From: Lama guanicoe
Taxonomy: Eukaryota
Direction: 5' to 3'
DNA: 64,000 nucleotides
Assembly: GCA_013239625.1 (NCBI GenBank)
Contig: MU053472.1
Span: forward strand, 1,364,001-1,428,000
Within the stretch, counting starts at the first letter, position 1. Each line of letters opens with the position of its first letter. The notes below the pieces were generated by a model, which worked only from the letters and a program-made list of their open reading frames with translations, was not told the DNA's origin and ran no database searches. This document shows, one piece after another, positions 12,325 to 24,010 of the stretch. A program made the position numbers and the translations under genes.

Positions 12325-12436
12325 GGTGGGGGGGGGGGGGATTAGGTTTATTTATTTATTTTTAGAGGAGGTACTGGGGATTGAGCCCAGGACCCCAGGC
12401 ATGCTAAGCATGCGCTCTTGACCTATACCCTCCCCA
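12270..12436 (-). mobile_element. Vic-1-like SINE with (GT)n and poly-G in its tail
   Basis: ggaggtactggggattgagcccaggacc...ctataccctcccc; (TG)n at ~12285-12322. Confidence 0.85.
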
Positions 12437-12449
12437 CAATTCAGATTTT

Positions 12450-13046
12450 TTTTAAATAAACATTTTGTTTGGAAATACTTTTAAAGATTCACAGAAAAGT
12501 TGCAAATGTTGTATCCAGTTCCTGTATAGTCCTTACACAACTGCCACCATTGTTAACATCTTATATTACCATGGTACATTTGTTAAAGCTAGGAAATTGA
12601 CACTGGTGTGTTATTATCTAAACTCTGGGTTATACTTGGATTTCAACAGCTTTTCCATTAATGTTCACTTTCTGTCCCAGGATCCAACTCAGAATACCAC
12701 ATTGCATTCAGTTGTCATGTCTCCCGGGTCTTCTCTAGTCAGACAGTTTCTTGGTCTTTCCTTGTTTTGCATGAACTGAACAACACTCTTGAGGAGGACT
12801 GGGCAGATATCCTGTAGACCATCTTCCAATCAGGTTTTGTCTGATGTTTCTCTCATGCTTAGACTGGGGTTATGGGTGTTTTGAAAAATATTGCAGGGTT
12901 GCAATGCCCTTCCTCATCACACATCATATCTGGGAGTACATGACATACACATGACGTCATTGGTAATATTAACCTTCATTGTTAGGTTAATTTAGTGCTA
13001 CCAGGCTTCTCTACTGTAACGTTCCCTTTCCCTGCTCTATTCTTTA
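12450..13046 (-). mobile_element. Old L1 (L1MB/MC-type) 3' end
   Basis: tcacagaaaagttgcaa...aggatccaactcagaataccacattgcatt. Confidence 0.7.
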
Positions 13047-13131
13047 GACAGCTCAGATTTTGATGGGCATCAAAAAAAATTCTGTAAAGACAGCAGGGCA
13101 TAATGGTCTTCGATTTTATGGATTTACTCAC

Positions 13132-13197
13132 AATATTCCTAATTCTGCCAGGAGTCCAAAAAACCAAATAATCTTCTCAAAGTTTGACCCTCTTGAA
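13132..13197 (-). pseudogene. Decayed 66-nt exon (FKRVKL*EDYLVFWTPGRIRNI)
   Basis: ttttatttctatag| and ATT|gtgagt; phase 0/0; one TGA; upstream intron only 35 nt. Confidence 0.5.
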
Positions 13198-13232
13198 CTA
13201 TAGAAATAAAACCAAAATGTATTAAGTCTCAC

Positions 13233-13352
13233 TTGCGAAGCAATGGAACATTGCACAGCTCTAAATTTTTTGATGTAATTGAATACAATCTCTCGATAGC
13301 TGAGATCTCCCAGCTCCTTCAAATCTAGAGAAAATTGATGCAGATCTTCAAC
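13233..13352 (-). pseudogene. Intact-looking 120-nt exon (VEDLHQFSLDLKELGDLSYREIVFNYIKKFRAVQCSIASQ)
   Basis: ttctatcctctacag| and CAA|gtgaga; phase 0/0; the only open frame of three. Confidence 0.6.
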
Positions 13353-13460
13353 CTGTAGAGGATAGAAGTCCAAAGTGCTTCTGAAGGTTTCTCCAGGTTC
13401 CCAGGAATTTATGTCATCAGGGTGATACCTGCTGATTCAGTTTTTCCCTCTGTAACTTAC

Positions 13461-13560
13461 CTTGTTGTTATCCCTGTACCTGTCACCGGCAGCCTGGGCC
13501 AAAAATAGGAGAGCCTAGCTTCATTTGATTCATCTACTCCAAAAGAAACAAAATCCAAGA
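13461..13560 (-). pseudogene. Decayed exon (LDFVSFGVDESNEARL / frameshift / LFLAQAAGDRYRDNNK)
   Basis: ctctactcaacag| and consensus donor AAG|gtaagt; flanking introns 153 and 108 nt. Confidence 0.55.
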
Positions 13561-13713
13561 CTGTTGAGTAGAGTAGACATGAGGGTTTTAGTGAAGGGTT
13601 GCATCTTATACCTTACAGCAAATGAATACAATCCATATTAATCCTTCTGGCCACCCCTTTCCAGGAATCTTATCAGAAGTGTTAGTCTCCATCCAACCTA
13701 ACCTCCAACTCAC

Positions 13714-13890
13714 CCCATGGTCATCTCGTCATCAGTTTTGCTGGCTTCTATCTCTGCAGTGTCCCCCTCTTTTTTCCTCTCCCTTCTAGCATCCTTTTCT
13801 AGATCAAAAACAAAAACGAAGTCCAAGTGCTTCTCATTTTCTCTTTCAAATCAGCTTAGCTATCTGTTTTTGGCGATAAGGCTCCCTTGC
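13714..13890 (-). pseudogene. Decayed exon (AREPYRQKQIAKLI / frameshift / FERENEKHLDFVFVFDLEKDARRERKKEGDTAEIEASKTDDEMTM)
   Basis: atctctgcag| and |gtgagt; protein-like only with a frameshift. Confidence 0.55.
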
Positions 13891-14231
13891 CTGCAGAGAT
13901 CACCTTCTGCCCCAGGAGTTAGGAAGTTGCCAGGGAGCTTATGGTCTCCAGCAGGAGGGGAGGCCAAGCAAGCACTCACTGTGCAGCAGGCAAGCTGATG
14001 GGCCCCTTTACCTGAACAATCTATTTTCGTTCCTTTTATTTTACTTTATTTTGACTGACCTGTAACATTGTATTAGTTTAACGTGTACAACATAATGATT
14101 TGATATGTGTATATATTGTGAATGATCGCCACAGTAAGTTTAATTAACATCTTTATTTAATCCTCAGAGAAACTCTATGAGGTAGGCTTTGTTGTCTCCT
14201 TTTGACCATTGAGGAAATCATGGCTTAGAGA

Positions 14232-15278
14232 CAGCGGTGTGCTGGTAAATGCTGAACTAACAATTTGGTGGGGAGAAGACCCTGATCTGTAGCGTCTTCT
14301 ATTTCAGCTGATGAATACTCCCGCTGCAGCCAGCATCCAGCTACCAACACGACATCACTGAGCTCGGGGTTGGGAAGAGATGCCCGGCAGCACACCGTGA
14401 TAAAGTATCTCTACCGGACAGATAACATAGACATAAATAACCTCCCGGGCCAGATAATTGTACAGTGTAGAAAAATAATCAGGAAGCGTTGAGTTTAGAG
14501 TATTATTATGTTTCCAATTTATTTACCTTTAAGTGGATCATTTTATTTTTACAGAATCGACTTTTTATTGTGGTAAAATATACGTGACATTAAATTGACC
14601 ATTTTTAACTGGATAATTCAGTGGCATTAAGTATATTTACGATGTTGTATAGCTATCACCATTATCCATTTCCAGAAGTGAATTTTTCCAACATCCCAAA
14701 TAGAAACTCTGTAACGATTCCTTCTTTTTTTTCTTGGTGGTGAGGGGAGAGGTTAATTAGGTTTTATTTATTTATTTTATTTAAATGGAGGTAGTAGGGA
14801 TTGAACCCAGGACCTCGTGCATGCTAAGCATGTACTCTACCACTGAACTATACCCTCCCCTAACTATTCCTTCTAATTTCCAGATGCTGGTAACATACTG
14901 TTCTACTTTCTGCCTCATTAATATAGGTAGAATCACACAATATTTGTCCTCTTGTCTCTGGCTTATTTCACCTAGCATAATGCTTTTGAGATTCATCCAT
15001 ATTGTAGCATCCATATTGACTGAATAAAATTCTATTGTATGTATATACCATATTTTATTTATCCATTCGTCTGTTGATGGATACGGGTTATTTCCACCTT
15101 TTAGCTATTGTGAGTAACGCTGCTATGAACATTAGTGTACAAGTATGTGTTTGAGTCCCCACTTTTAATATCATTTAGTTTTGTGTTTAACAAACCGCTC
15201 GCAGAATTCCTGAAAATTTAACAATCAGCTCTGGTGAGCCTGTTAGAACCTGTCAGCGCTGGCTCTAGCGCAACACTG
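14232..15278. mobile_element. hAT (MER63/Blackjack-like) DNA transposon fossil with nested L1 (~14560-15170) and Vic-1-like SINE (~14720-14860)
   Basis: Imperfect TIRs cagcggtgtgctgg / ctagcgcaacactg. Confidence 0.55.
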
Positions 15279-15446
15279 CAGAGTCCATAAGGTAGCCAAT
15301 TGGACCCAAGAAGGGTCAATTTGGGATTCATCTTTCAAATGTGCCTGCTGATAAGAATTGCCTGGGACATCTATTGAAATAAGGATGCCCAGGCCCTCGT
15401 GGGACATTCTGATTCTGAAGGTCTGAGATGAAGTGATTTTACTCAT

Positions 15447-15505
15447 TGGGATTTGTCTCAGTCTGGAAAACCTGATATGAGCCTCCAGTACCACCAAATC
15501 TGGAT
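15447..15505 (-). pseudogene. Decayed exon ((N)PDLVVLEAHIRFSRLRQIP) with dead donor ATGAGT
   Basis: Strong acceptor ctctcccctcttcag|AT; 59 nt, phase 1/0; the donor position reads ATGAGT instead of GTGAGT. Confidence 0.5.
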
Positions 15506-15588
15506 CTGAAGAGGGGAGAGGGGGGCGATTAAAAACATAGTGCCCCGGAAGAGAGGAGGCGAGAGTAAGTCTTTTGGAGACAAGTTAC

Positions 15589-15777
15589 TGCAAATTTGGG
15601 GGCAGCTTTTTTTTCTCTCCAAAATCTTCTCAGCTCTAATATTCATTGACTATACAGTTCTCTCCTGCTCATCTTCCTGAACCCCATTGTAGGAAAGAAT
15701 GCTTTCACGATGCAGCCAAATGCAAATCATTAGGCCCAGCAATTTGACAAGATCACAGAAGCTTGCATATCATTAGG
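15589..15777 (-). pseudogene. Decayed exon of an unidentified gene (..YASFCDLVKLLGLMICIWLHRESILSYNGVQEDEQERTV*SMNIRAEKILERKKSCPQIC)
   Basis: Donor GCA|gtaact, then an 83-nt intron; phase 1 fits the next exon; 5' boundary uncertain; internal stops. Confidence 0.45.
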
Positions 15778-16389
15778 CTGTTTAGAAACATGCTCTGAAG
15801 TTCTGAGGATGCATTTGGCAGTGTTATTTTGATACCCTGACAAGATATTTTTAGAGCACATGAGGCCCAAATTAAAACATTGCTACAAAAGAAAAAAAAA
15901 GTGAAATTAATCCAAGGCTCCGTTAAATAGAAATCATCAGTAAATATCAGATAAGAGTGAAAAAAAAAGTACCAAACATTTTTGAGAGCTATTTTGAGAA
16001 GAGAGGAGATGATGAGAGGTTCCTGATCAGCGTGCAGAGATGTGCCTACCTCTTGCCAGGGAAGAAGGGAAAGGTCTCATGCACATAGCCCTGTCCTGAT
16101 GGGCTCTCACCTTTTTATTAGTGCAAGAGGAGCTTTCTTCCCACTGGTAAGGCCTGGATGGAGGCCCTTGGCAGGGGACACCGTATTTCAATTTTACTGG
16201 ACATGGTCAAGGATCTCACTGCCCCCGACTTAGTCCCTGGTTTCTTGGGTTGGATTTGGAATATGGTTAGTTAGGCCTAAAACCCCTTTGCCTTCTTCCT
16301 CCATCCTGTTTCTCTCTAGAGTAGCCCTGTTTCTGGCATTTCTCAGTGTCTCTATTTGAGTACTTTTATGAGCTCAGATTTAAAGACCT

Positions 16390-19005
16390 ACCTGTGAACA
16401 CTCCCAAAGTCATTCTATTAAGCCACTGTCACCCTGATACCAAAACCAGGCAAAGAGAATACCAAAAAAGAAAACTACAGGCCACTATCTTAGATAAATA
16501 TGGATGCAAAAATTCTCAACAAAATATTAGCAAACCAAATCCAATAACACTTTAAAAAGATCATACACCACGATCAACTTGGATTCATCACAAAGATGGT
16601 TCAACATATGTAAATCAATCAGTGTGATACAGCACATCCACAAAAGAAAAGACAAAAAGCATATAATCATCTCAACAGATGCAGAAAGAGCATTTGATAA
16701 TATTCAACACCCATTTATGATAAAAACTCTTACCAAAGTAAGTAAGTAGAGGGAACATATCTCAACATAAAAAAAGCTATTTATGACAAACCCACAGCCA
16801 ATATAGTACTCAACGGTGAAAAATTGAAAGAGTTCCTGCTAAAGTCTGGAAGAAGACAAGGATGCCTACTCTCACCACTTCAATTCAACATAGTATTGGA
16901 AGTCCTAACCACAGCAATCAGAAAAGAAAAAGAAAGAAAATGTATCCAAATTGGAAGAGAAGAGGTAAAAATGTCATTATACACAGATGACATGAATACT
17001 ACAATATAGAAAACCCTGAAGACTCCACATAAAAACCACTAGAACTGATAAGCAAATTTAGCAAGGTAGCAGAATACAATATTAGCATAAAGAAATTTGT
17101 TGAATTTCTGTACACTAAGAATGAATATCAGAAAGGGAAAGGAAGAAAATAATCTCTTTTAAAATTGCATCCCAAAAAAAGATTACTTAGATAAAAAAAT
17201 ACTTAGGAATAAACCTGACCCGAGGGTAAATGACTTATACACTGAGAACTATAAAGCATTGATGAAGGAAAATTAAAAATGATGTAAAGGAATAGAAAGA
17301 TATCCCATGCTCTTGGATTGGAAGAATTAATATTGTTAAAATCACCATACTACCCAAAGCAATCTATAGATTTAATGGGATTCCTATCAAAGTAAATTTT
17401 TCACAGAAATAAAACAAGTAATCCTAAAATTTATGGAATCACAAAAGACCCAGAATTGCCAGTAGAATACTGAAGAAAAAGAACAAAGTGCAGGCAGAAC
17501 CCTCCCAGGCTTCAGACAACACCACAAAGCTACAGTAGTTAAAACAGCATTGTACTGGCACAAAAACAGACATATGGATCAATGGAATAGAATAAAGAGT
17601 CCAGAAATAAACTCACACACCTATGTTCAATTAATCTTTGACAGAGGAGGCAAAAACATACAATGGAGTAAAGACAGTCTCTTCGGCCAATGGTGTTGGG
17701 AAAGCTGGACAGCTGCATGTAAATCAGTGAAGTTAGAACACTCCCTCACACCATTCATTAAAATAAACTCAAAATGGGTTAAAGACTTAAATATAAGACA
17801 TGACACCATAAAACTCCTAGAAGAGAACACAGGCAAAACATTCTCTGACATAAAGTGTAGCAATATTTTCCTAGGTCAGTCTACCAAGGCAATAGAAATA
17901 AAAGCAAAAATAAACTGATGAGATCTAATTAAACTTATAAACTTTTGCACAGCAAAGGTCACCATAAAGAAACCGAAGCGACAAGCTATGGACTGGGAGA
18001 AAATATTTGCATATGTGAGACTGCCAAGGGTTTAACTTCCAAAATACACAAACGAGTCGTACAACTCAATAACAAACAAACAAAAAAATAAATGGGCAAT
18101 CAAAAAATAGGCAAAGCTCAAAAAAAGACATTCCTCCAATGAAAACATACAAATGGCCAATAGGCACATGAAAAGATGCTCAATATCACTAATTATCAGA
18201 GAAATGCAAATCAAAACTATAAGGAGGTATCACTTCACACAGTCAGGATGGCCATCATTAAAAAGTCCACAAACAATAAATGTTGGAGAGGGTGTGGAGA
18301 AAAGAGAACCCTCCTACATTGCTGGTGGGAAAGTAATTTGGTGCAACCACTATGGAAAACAATATGGAGATTCCTTAAAAAACTAAAAACAGAGTTACTA
18401 TATGATCCAATAATGCCATTCTTAGGTGTATTTCTGGAGAAAACTCTAACTCGAAAAGATACATGCACCCCAATGTTCACAGCAGCACTATTTACAATAG
18501 CCAAGACGTGGAAGTAACTTAAATGTCCATGAATGGAAAAGGATGTGGTAAATATACACAATGGAATACTACTCGGCCATGAAAAAGAATGAAATAATGC
18601 CATTTGCAGCAACTTAGATGGATCTAGAGATTATCATACCACGTGAAGTAAGTCAGAAAGAGAAAAACAAATACCGTATGATATCACTTATATGCAGAAT
18701 CTAAAATATGACAGATAAACTTATTTACAAAACAGAAACAGATGCATAGACATAGAAAAACTTACAGTTACCAAATGGAAAAGGGGATGAGGGAGAGATA
18801 AAATAGGAATTTGAGATTGGCAGATACAAACTACTATGTATAAATAAACGGTAATTTCCTACTGAATAGCACAGGGAACTATCTATGTTCAATATCTTGC
18901 AATAACCTATAATAAAAAAGAATACATATGTATAACTGAATCACTATGCTGTACACCAGAAATTAACACAACATTGTAAATCAACAATACTTTGATAAAA
19001 AAATT
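16390..19005 (+). mobile_element. 2.6-kb 5'-truncated L1 (ORF2 RT to 3' UTR), many stops and frameshifts
   Basis: ORF2 fragments [53 protein letters not shown]. Confidence 0.95.
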
Positions 19006-19049
19006 TTTTTAATGTCCAGATAGCAGACCTTCCAGTTTGGAGGCAAAGC

Positions 19050-19600
19050 CAGCTTGCCTCCTAGGATCCTGGAGCTAAATGCCCCTGTCGTGCGCAGCTA
19101 CCGCCTGCAGATGGCGAGAGGCAGGCCTGGGAGGACAAAGGGGCAGGACCGGCCCTGGCCCCGCTGGCCGCCGACGATGATCCGACCCGGTGCCAGAGAA
19201 GGCAGGGGAAGAAGAGGGCCGAACAGGGTGGGGGAAACGGGACCTGGGTCCAGAGGGCGCAAAGGCAAGGGCCAGGCAGGGAGTTCAGCGACCCAGGGAA
19301 GAAGATGCGGGAGCGCTGAGGAAACCGAGGCTGCACCATCTTACCTCCGCCGTGACCCGCGTCGGGGCCGCGTTAGGGGCGAGGGGCGGCGTGGACACGC
19401 GCCCTCGAGAGCCTCCGAGGACCTCCAGGCCAAGCGGACCGGGGAGACGCCGGACCCCGCCGGCCGCCTCCACCTCGGACCCCCGGGGGGCGGCACGGGA
19501 GGGAAAAGCCAGGGCGGTCGGAATCCGACCCAGAGCCCCGCGCCCCACTTTCTGGCCGCGGACCGAAGGCAAGTTACCGGACCTCTGTGCATCTCGGCTG
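19050..19600. promoter_or_regulatory. CpG island / GC-rich promoter region upstream of CHCT1
   Basis: Abrupt high GC with dense CpG (e.g. cgtgacccgcgtcggggccgcg) and GC boxes, against an AT-rich, CpG-depleted background. Confidence 0.8.
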
Positions 19601-20158
19601 GTCTATGAAATGGGATCACTGCTGGTACCTACCCTGGGGAAGACTGTTGTGAGGGTCAGTTGAGATAATACACGGTAGCTAGTATTTCGTACATCCCCTA
19701 AAAACACCACCACCGCCCAAGCATCATCCAACGCAACTGGCTCCTTAACTTCCTACGGGGGGTGGAAGAGAAGATCTCTCTCAGCAGAGAGTTACTGGTT
19801 CTGTCCTCTCGGTGCACCCTCTAGTCCACTGTCCCCAGTCCGGAAAGGAATGTTTCAAACCCTGGTCCTCACACTCGGGGAGCGCACGCTGTAACCGAGG
19901 GGGCATGAATGATACACACGCAGGAAATGTACTTCAAATACCTTATCAAGGTTCAAAATCAACAGCATCTGACAGTTCTCTCTCGGGAGAAGTGGGTGCC
20001 AGACCCTCCGGGCCAGCTGTGAGCTCTGACCAAGTTCTGGGTCTACCTGACACGAACTGCTCACTTCCCTAGTCCAGTCCCGGTTGAAGGAGAGGCTGCT
20101 GGTCACCCCTAGGCACGAGGACAGGGGAGAGGGAGGGGCGCGGGGCGCTTTGTCGGCC

Positions 20159-20172
20159 GTTGCCATGGTTTT
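20159..20172. promoter_or_regulatory. RFX X-box-like element (GTTGCCATGGtttt) at the CHCT1 5' end
   Basis: First 10 bases match the consensus GTTRCCATGGYAAC; right half-site degenerate. Confidence 0.45.
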
Positions 20173-20293
20173 GCTCCAAGTTCTGGAGCCAACCTGCCCA
20201 CTCCCAGACACACTCAGGTCACAGAGCCCGAGGTCAGAAGCCCGAGGGGACGTAAGGAGCGCCCCTCTGGAGCCCATCAGTGCACCGGCTGAT

Positions 20294-20344
20294 ATGGAGG
20301 CCTCCGATGGGCAAGAGGGTGAAGGGGACAAGCCACTAGAGAAG
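20294..20344 (+). CDS. CHCT1: CHCT1/C17orf64 coding exon 1 (MEASDGQEGEGDKPLEK); in-frame upstream ATG at 20165 possible
   Basis: Translation matches the recalled human C17orf64 N-terminus MEASDGQGGEGDKPLEQ; ends at the weak donor AAG|gttaag, phase 0. Confidence 0.85.
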
Positions 20345-20578
20345 GTTAAGTGGGGTGGGAGAGGGGAGGGAGGGAGGGGAAGAAGGCCCTTGAGAGGCTG
20401 GCTTTGGAAAGCAGAGAATTTGAAATTCAAGGAAGAAGAGAAGGAAAAATAGTGAAGTACATGAGGTAGCAGGAGACCGAAAGAACCAGAAAAGGTTAAT
20501 TCGTTCAAACAGATGTTTATCAAGGACATAGATACCTGGCAAGATGATTGGTGGTTATGAAGACACACAGGCTCTCAC

Positions 20579-20580
<2 letters not shown>

Positions 20581-20610
<30 letters not shown>
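20581..20610 (+). repeat. (GT)15 microsatellite in CHCT1 intron 1
   Basis: Read directly. Confidence 0.95.
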
Positions 20611-20612
<2 letters not shown>

Positions 20613-21461
20613 TGTGTATGGAGATGATCAGCCAGAGTCCCTTCTCTCTGGGGTCCGCAGGAGCCTGTGTCCTATGTTCTCTCTGTCTTCCTCCCTCCCC
20701 TTCCCTGGCCCCTCCCTTCAGAGGGTCCTGGGTCTGGATCTTCCTTGTTTCCAAGGAACACAGGGAAGAATTACCGCTCACCTTTCTGAGAGGCTTTTGA
20801 AAGGTCAGATGTAAATCTTGCATCAACCTAATCCTGTGCTCTGACTTCACGTTATTCCACAGGCATTTTGCCCTCATTAATTTCCAGCTTTTTTGGCCCC
20901 AGCTTGCTGTCATAAAGTTCCTTCTCATCACCATTGGCGTCACACATTTTCTGGAGTGCCCACTAGCATGGCGTGATGCTACAAGTTAGAGATACAAAGT
21001 GCTGGTGCCGGGACTCAGGCAATTGATTAGGATTTGCCAAATGAATGAAGTCAGTGAATCCCTGCTCATTCCCCAGGGAGTTACCCAAAAACCCCTTGGT
21101 GTCTCTGTGTTCTCATTTGTAACCGGGGATCAGGATATCTAACCTCACAGAATCTGGGAGAATAAAATGAGTTCATGTTTATCAAGTGCTTTGCCAAGTT
21201 CACTAGTATACTGGGTTATATATTATAAAAGAAATGTGTAAGACATTCTAGGTTTCCCAAGCAGGAATTCTCCAAGATGGGTTTCTTTGCCCAGGGCCCG
21301 CTCACCTGACTGCTGGGTCAAGGAGGAGGTCACTGGGACAATGGAGAAAGGCTTTGGCTGGCACCGGGGCCAGTGGTTGCCCAGCACTGCCGCTCGGGAG
21401 CAGGAGCCCACGCCCTGCCCACGCCCCGCCCCCGCTGATTCCTGCTCCTGCCTCCTCCCAG

Positions 21462-22021
<560 letters not shown>

Positions 22022-22425
22022 TAGGGCAGCCTCCTTGCCCTTCCACTACACCTCCTCCTGGGCCACCCCCTCTAAATTCCAGGTCACACCCCCTCTAAGG
22101 GCTTAGCAAAGAGCCCTTAGTCCCTTATCTTTATATGAAAGAGCCAGGATCCTGGAGTGAGCCTGGTGACGGGAGGATGGAAAGAACGGTGTCCTCTAGT
22201 GACTCAGGGCAGCATTGATTCACCATCGCTGTACACACTGTAGACAAAGAACTCTCCTGACCCTGGGAGGAATGACCTCTGATTGAACAACTGCTGGGTG
22301 GTGTGGGGTCTCATTACCAGAACAGAGGATTCAAGGTCTGGCAAATACCCGCCTCCCTGCCCCCAACCACAAACCAAGGGGGCAGCCTGTGTCCTGTTTC
22401 TCCCTGGGTAGTCCTGGCCACATAA

Positions 22426-22605
<180 letters not shown>

Positions 22606-22924
22606 TGAGCTGAGGGTTGGTCGGTAAGGGCCTGGGACTGAGGGGCCCTCTGATACAACCAATGCGCCTCCAGTCTTTTCCACGCTCACAGCCCCACAGA
22701 GCGGGGCTGCCGAGGGCCAAGACTGAGCTTCAAGTTCTCCATGTTTATTCCACCTCCACACCCACACCCTGACATTAGCAAGGGCAGGGACATCCCTGGG
22801 CAGCCATGGGTGGGGTCGACTGAGGCCAGGCAGAAAGGCACAGCCAGCTTGGAGAAGGCTCTGGAAACTGTTGCAAAGGACAAGAGACAGAGGGCCAATC
22901 TCCTGGGCTGGCTTTGTCCCCAAA

Positions 22925-24010
22925 CAGTGATTCTCAAACATTTTGGTCTCAAGTCACTTGTACCCTCTTAAAAATCACTGGGAGCCCCCAGAAACATTTG
23001 TTTGCATAGGTTACATCTAGTGGTAGTTGCCCTTCTGGAAATTAAAGCTAAAGAAAAAAATCAAAATATTTACTAACTCATTTGAAAATAAAAATAAGGA
23101 GCCCATCCCCCATTAACATAATTTTTATGAGAAATAACTGTCTTTTCCAAAACCAAAACGTTTAGTGAGAAGAGTGGCATTGTTTTGCATTTTTGCAAAT
23201 CTCCTTCGTGTCTGGCTTAGGAGAAGGCAGCTGGATTCTCACATCTGTTTCTGCAGTCCATCTTGTATGAGATAATGGTTGGGTGGCAAACGTGAAAAAC
23301 ACCCAGCCTCATACAGATAGTTAGAAAAGAGAGGGGTATTTTATCAACCCCTTTCAGATAATTGTGGATATTTTTCTTTGATACCACGCCAAAATTCAAC
23401 AAGTGGTAGTTGCTTCATTGCAATGTGGAATTGGAAATTGTATCGATGAATGTTTGAAAAAAGACTTTTTAAAAGCAGTTTCAGGTTTACAGAAAAATTG
23501 AGTGTAAAGTATAGAGTTCCCCATACCACCCTCTCCTGATTCCCTTATTATTAGCATCTTGTCCTAGAGGAGGGGTCTGGTGTCTTTGATCAGCCAATAC
23601 TGATACGTTATTAACTAAATCATGACCATAGTTTACATTAGGGTGCACTCTTGGTTTTGTACATTCTATAGTCTTTTTGGCGGGGAGTGGGGGGTAATTA
23701 AGTCTTCGCTGCCCCCAAACCCCCCTGTGCTCCACTATTCACTCTTTTCTCCTTCCCCCACCCCGACCCTTGGCAACAATTGATCTTTTCACTATCTCCG
23801 TAGTTTTTCCTTTTCCATAATGTTATATAGTCAGAATCATACAGTGTGTAGCCTTTTCAGATTTGTATCAACAAACTTTTCACAGGAAGTTACATTAGAA
23901 TCCATTGGTTCCTCTCTTGCACTTGGAGTGGACCCCACTTTTCAGGCAGTCTGTGAGGTCAGAATACTTCACAGAGAACACTTGAAGGACCCCTGGTCCA
24001 AACTAATCAT
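22925..24010. mobile_element. hAT-Charlie fragment interrupted by an old L1 3' end (~23465-23865)
   Basis: cagtgattctcaaacattttggtctca terminus and Charlie-like internal text. Confidence 0.6.

Noticed and set aside
16346..18612. Reverse-transcriptase-like ORFs as an active element or gene
   Set aside because: Fragments of a truncated, frameshifted L1 ORF2
19054..19663. Overlapping 92-184 aa ORFs on both strands
   Set aside because: Arg/Gly/Pro-rich products of a stop-poor CpG island; no recognisable domain
19855..20568. 237-aa minus-strand ORF as a single-exon gene
   Set aside because: Low-complexity, antisense to CHCT1 exon 1, non-ATG start; only the internal MATADK segment is kept as a candidate exon
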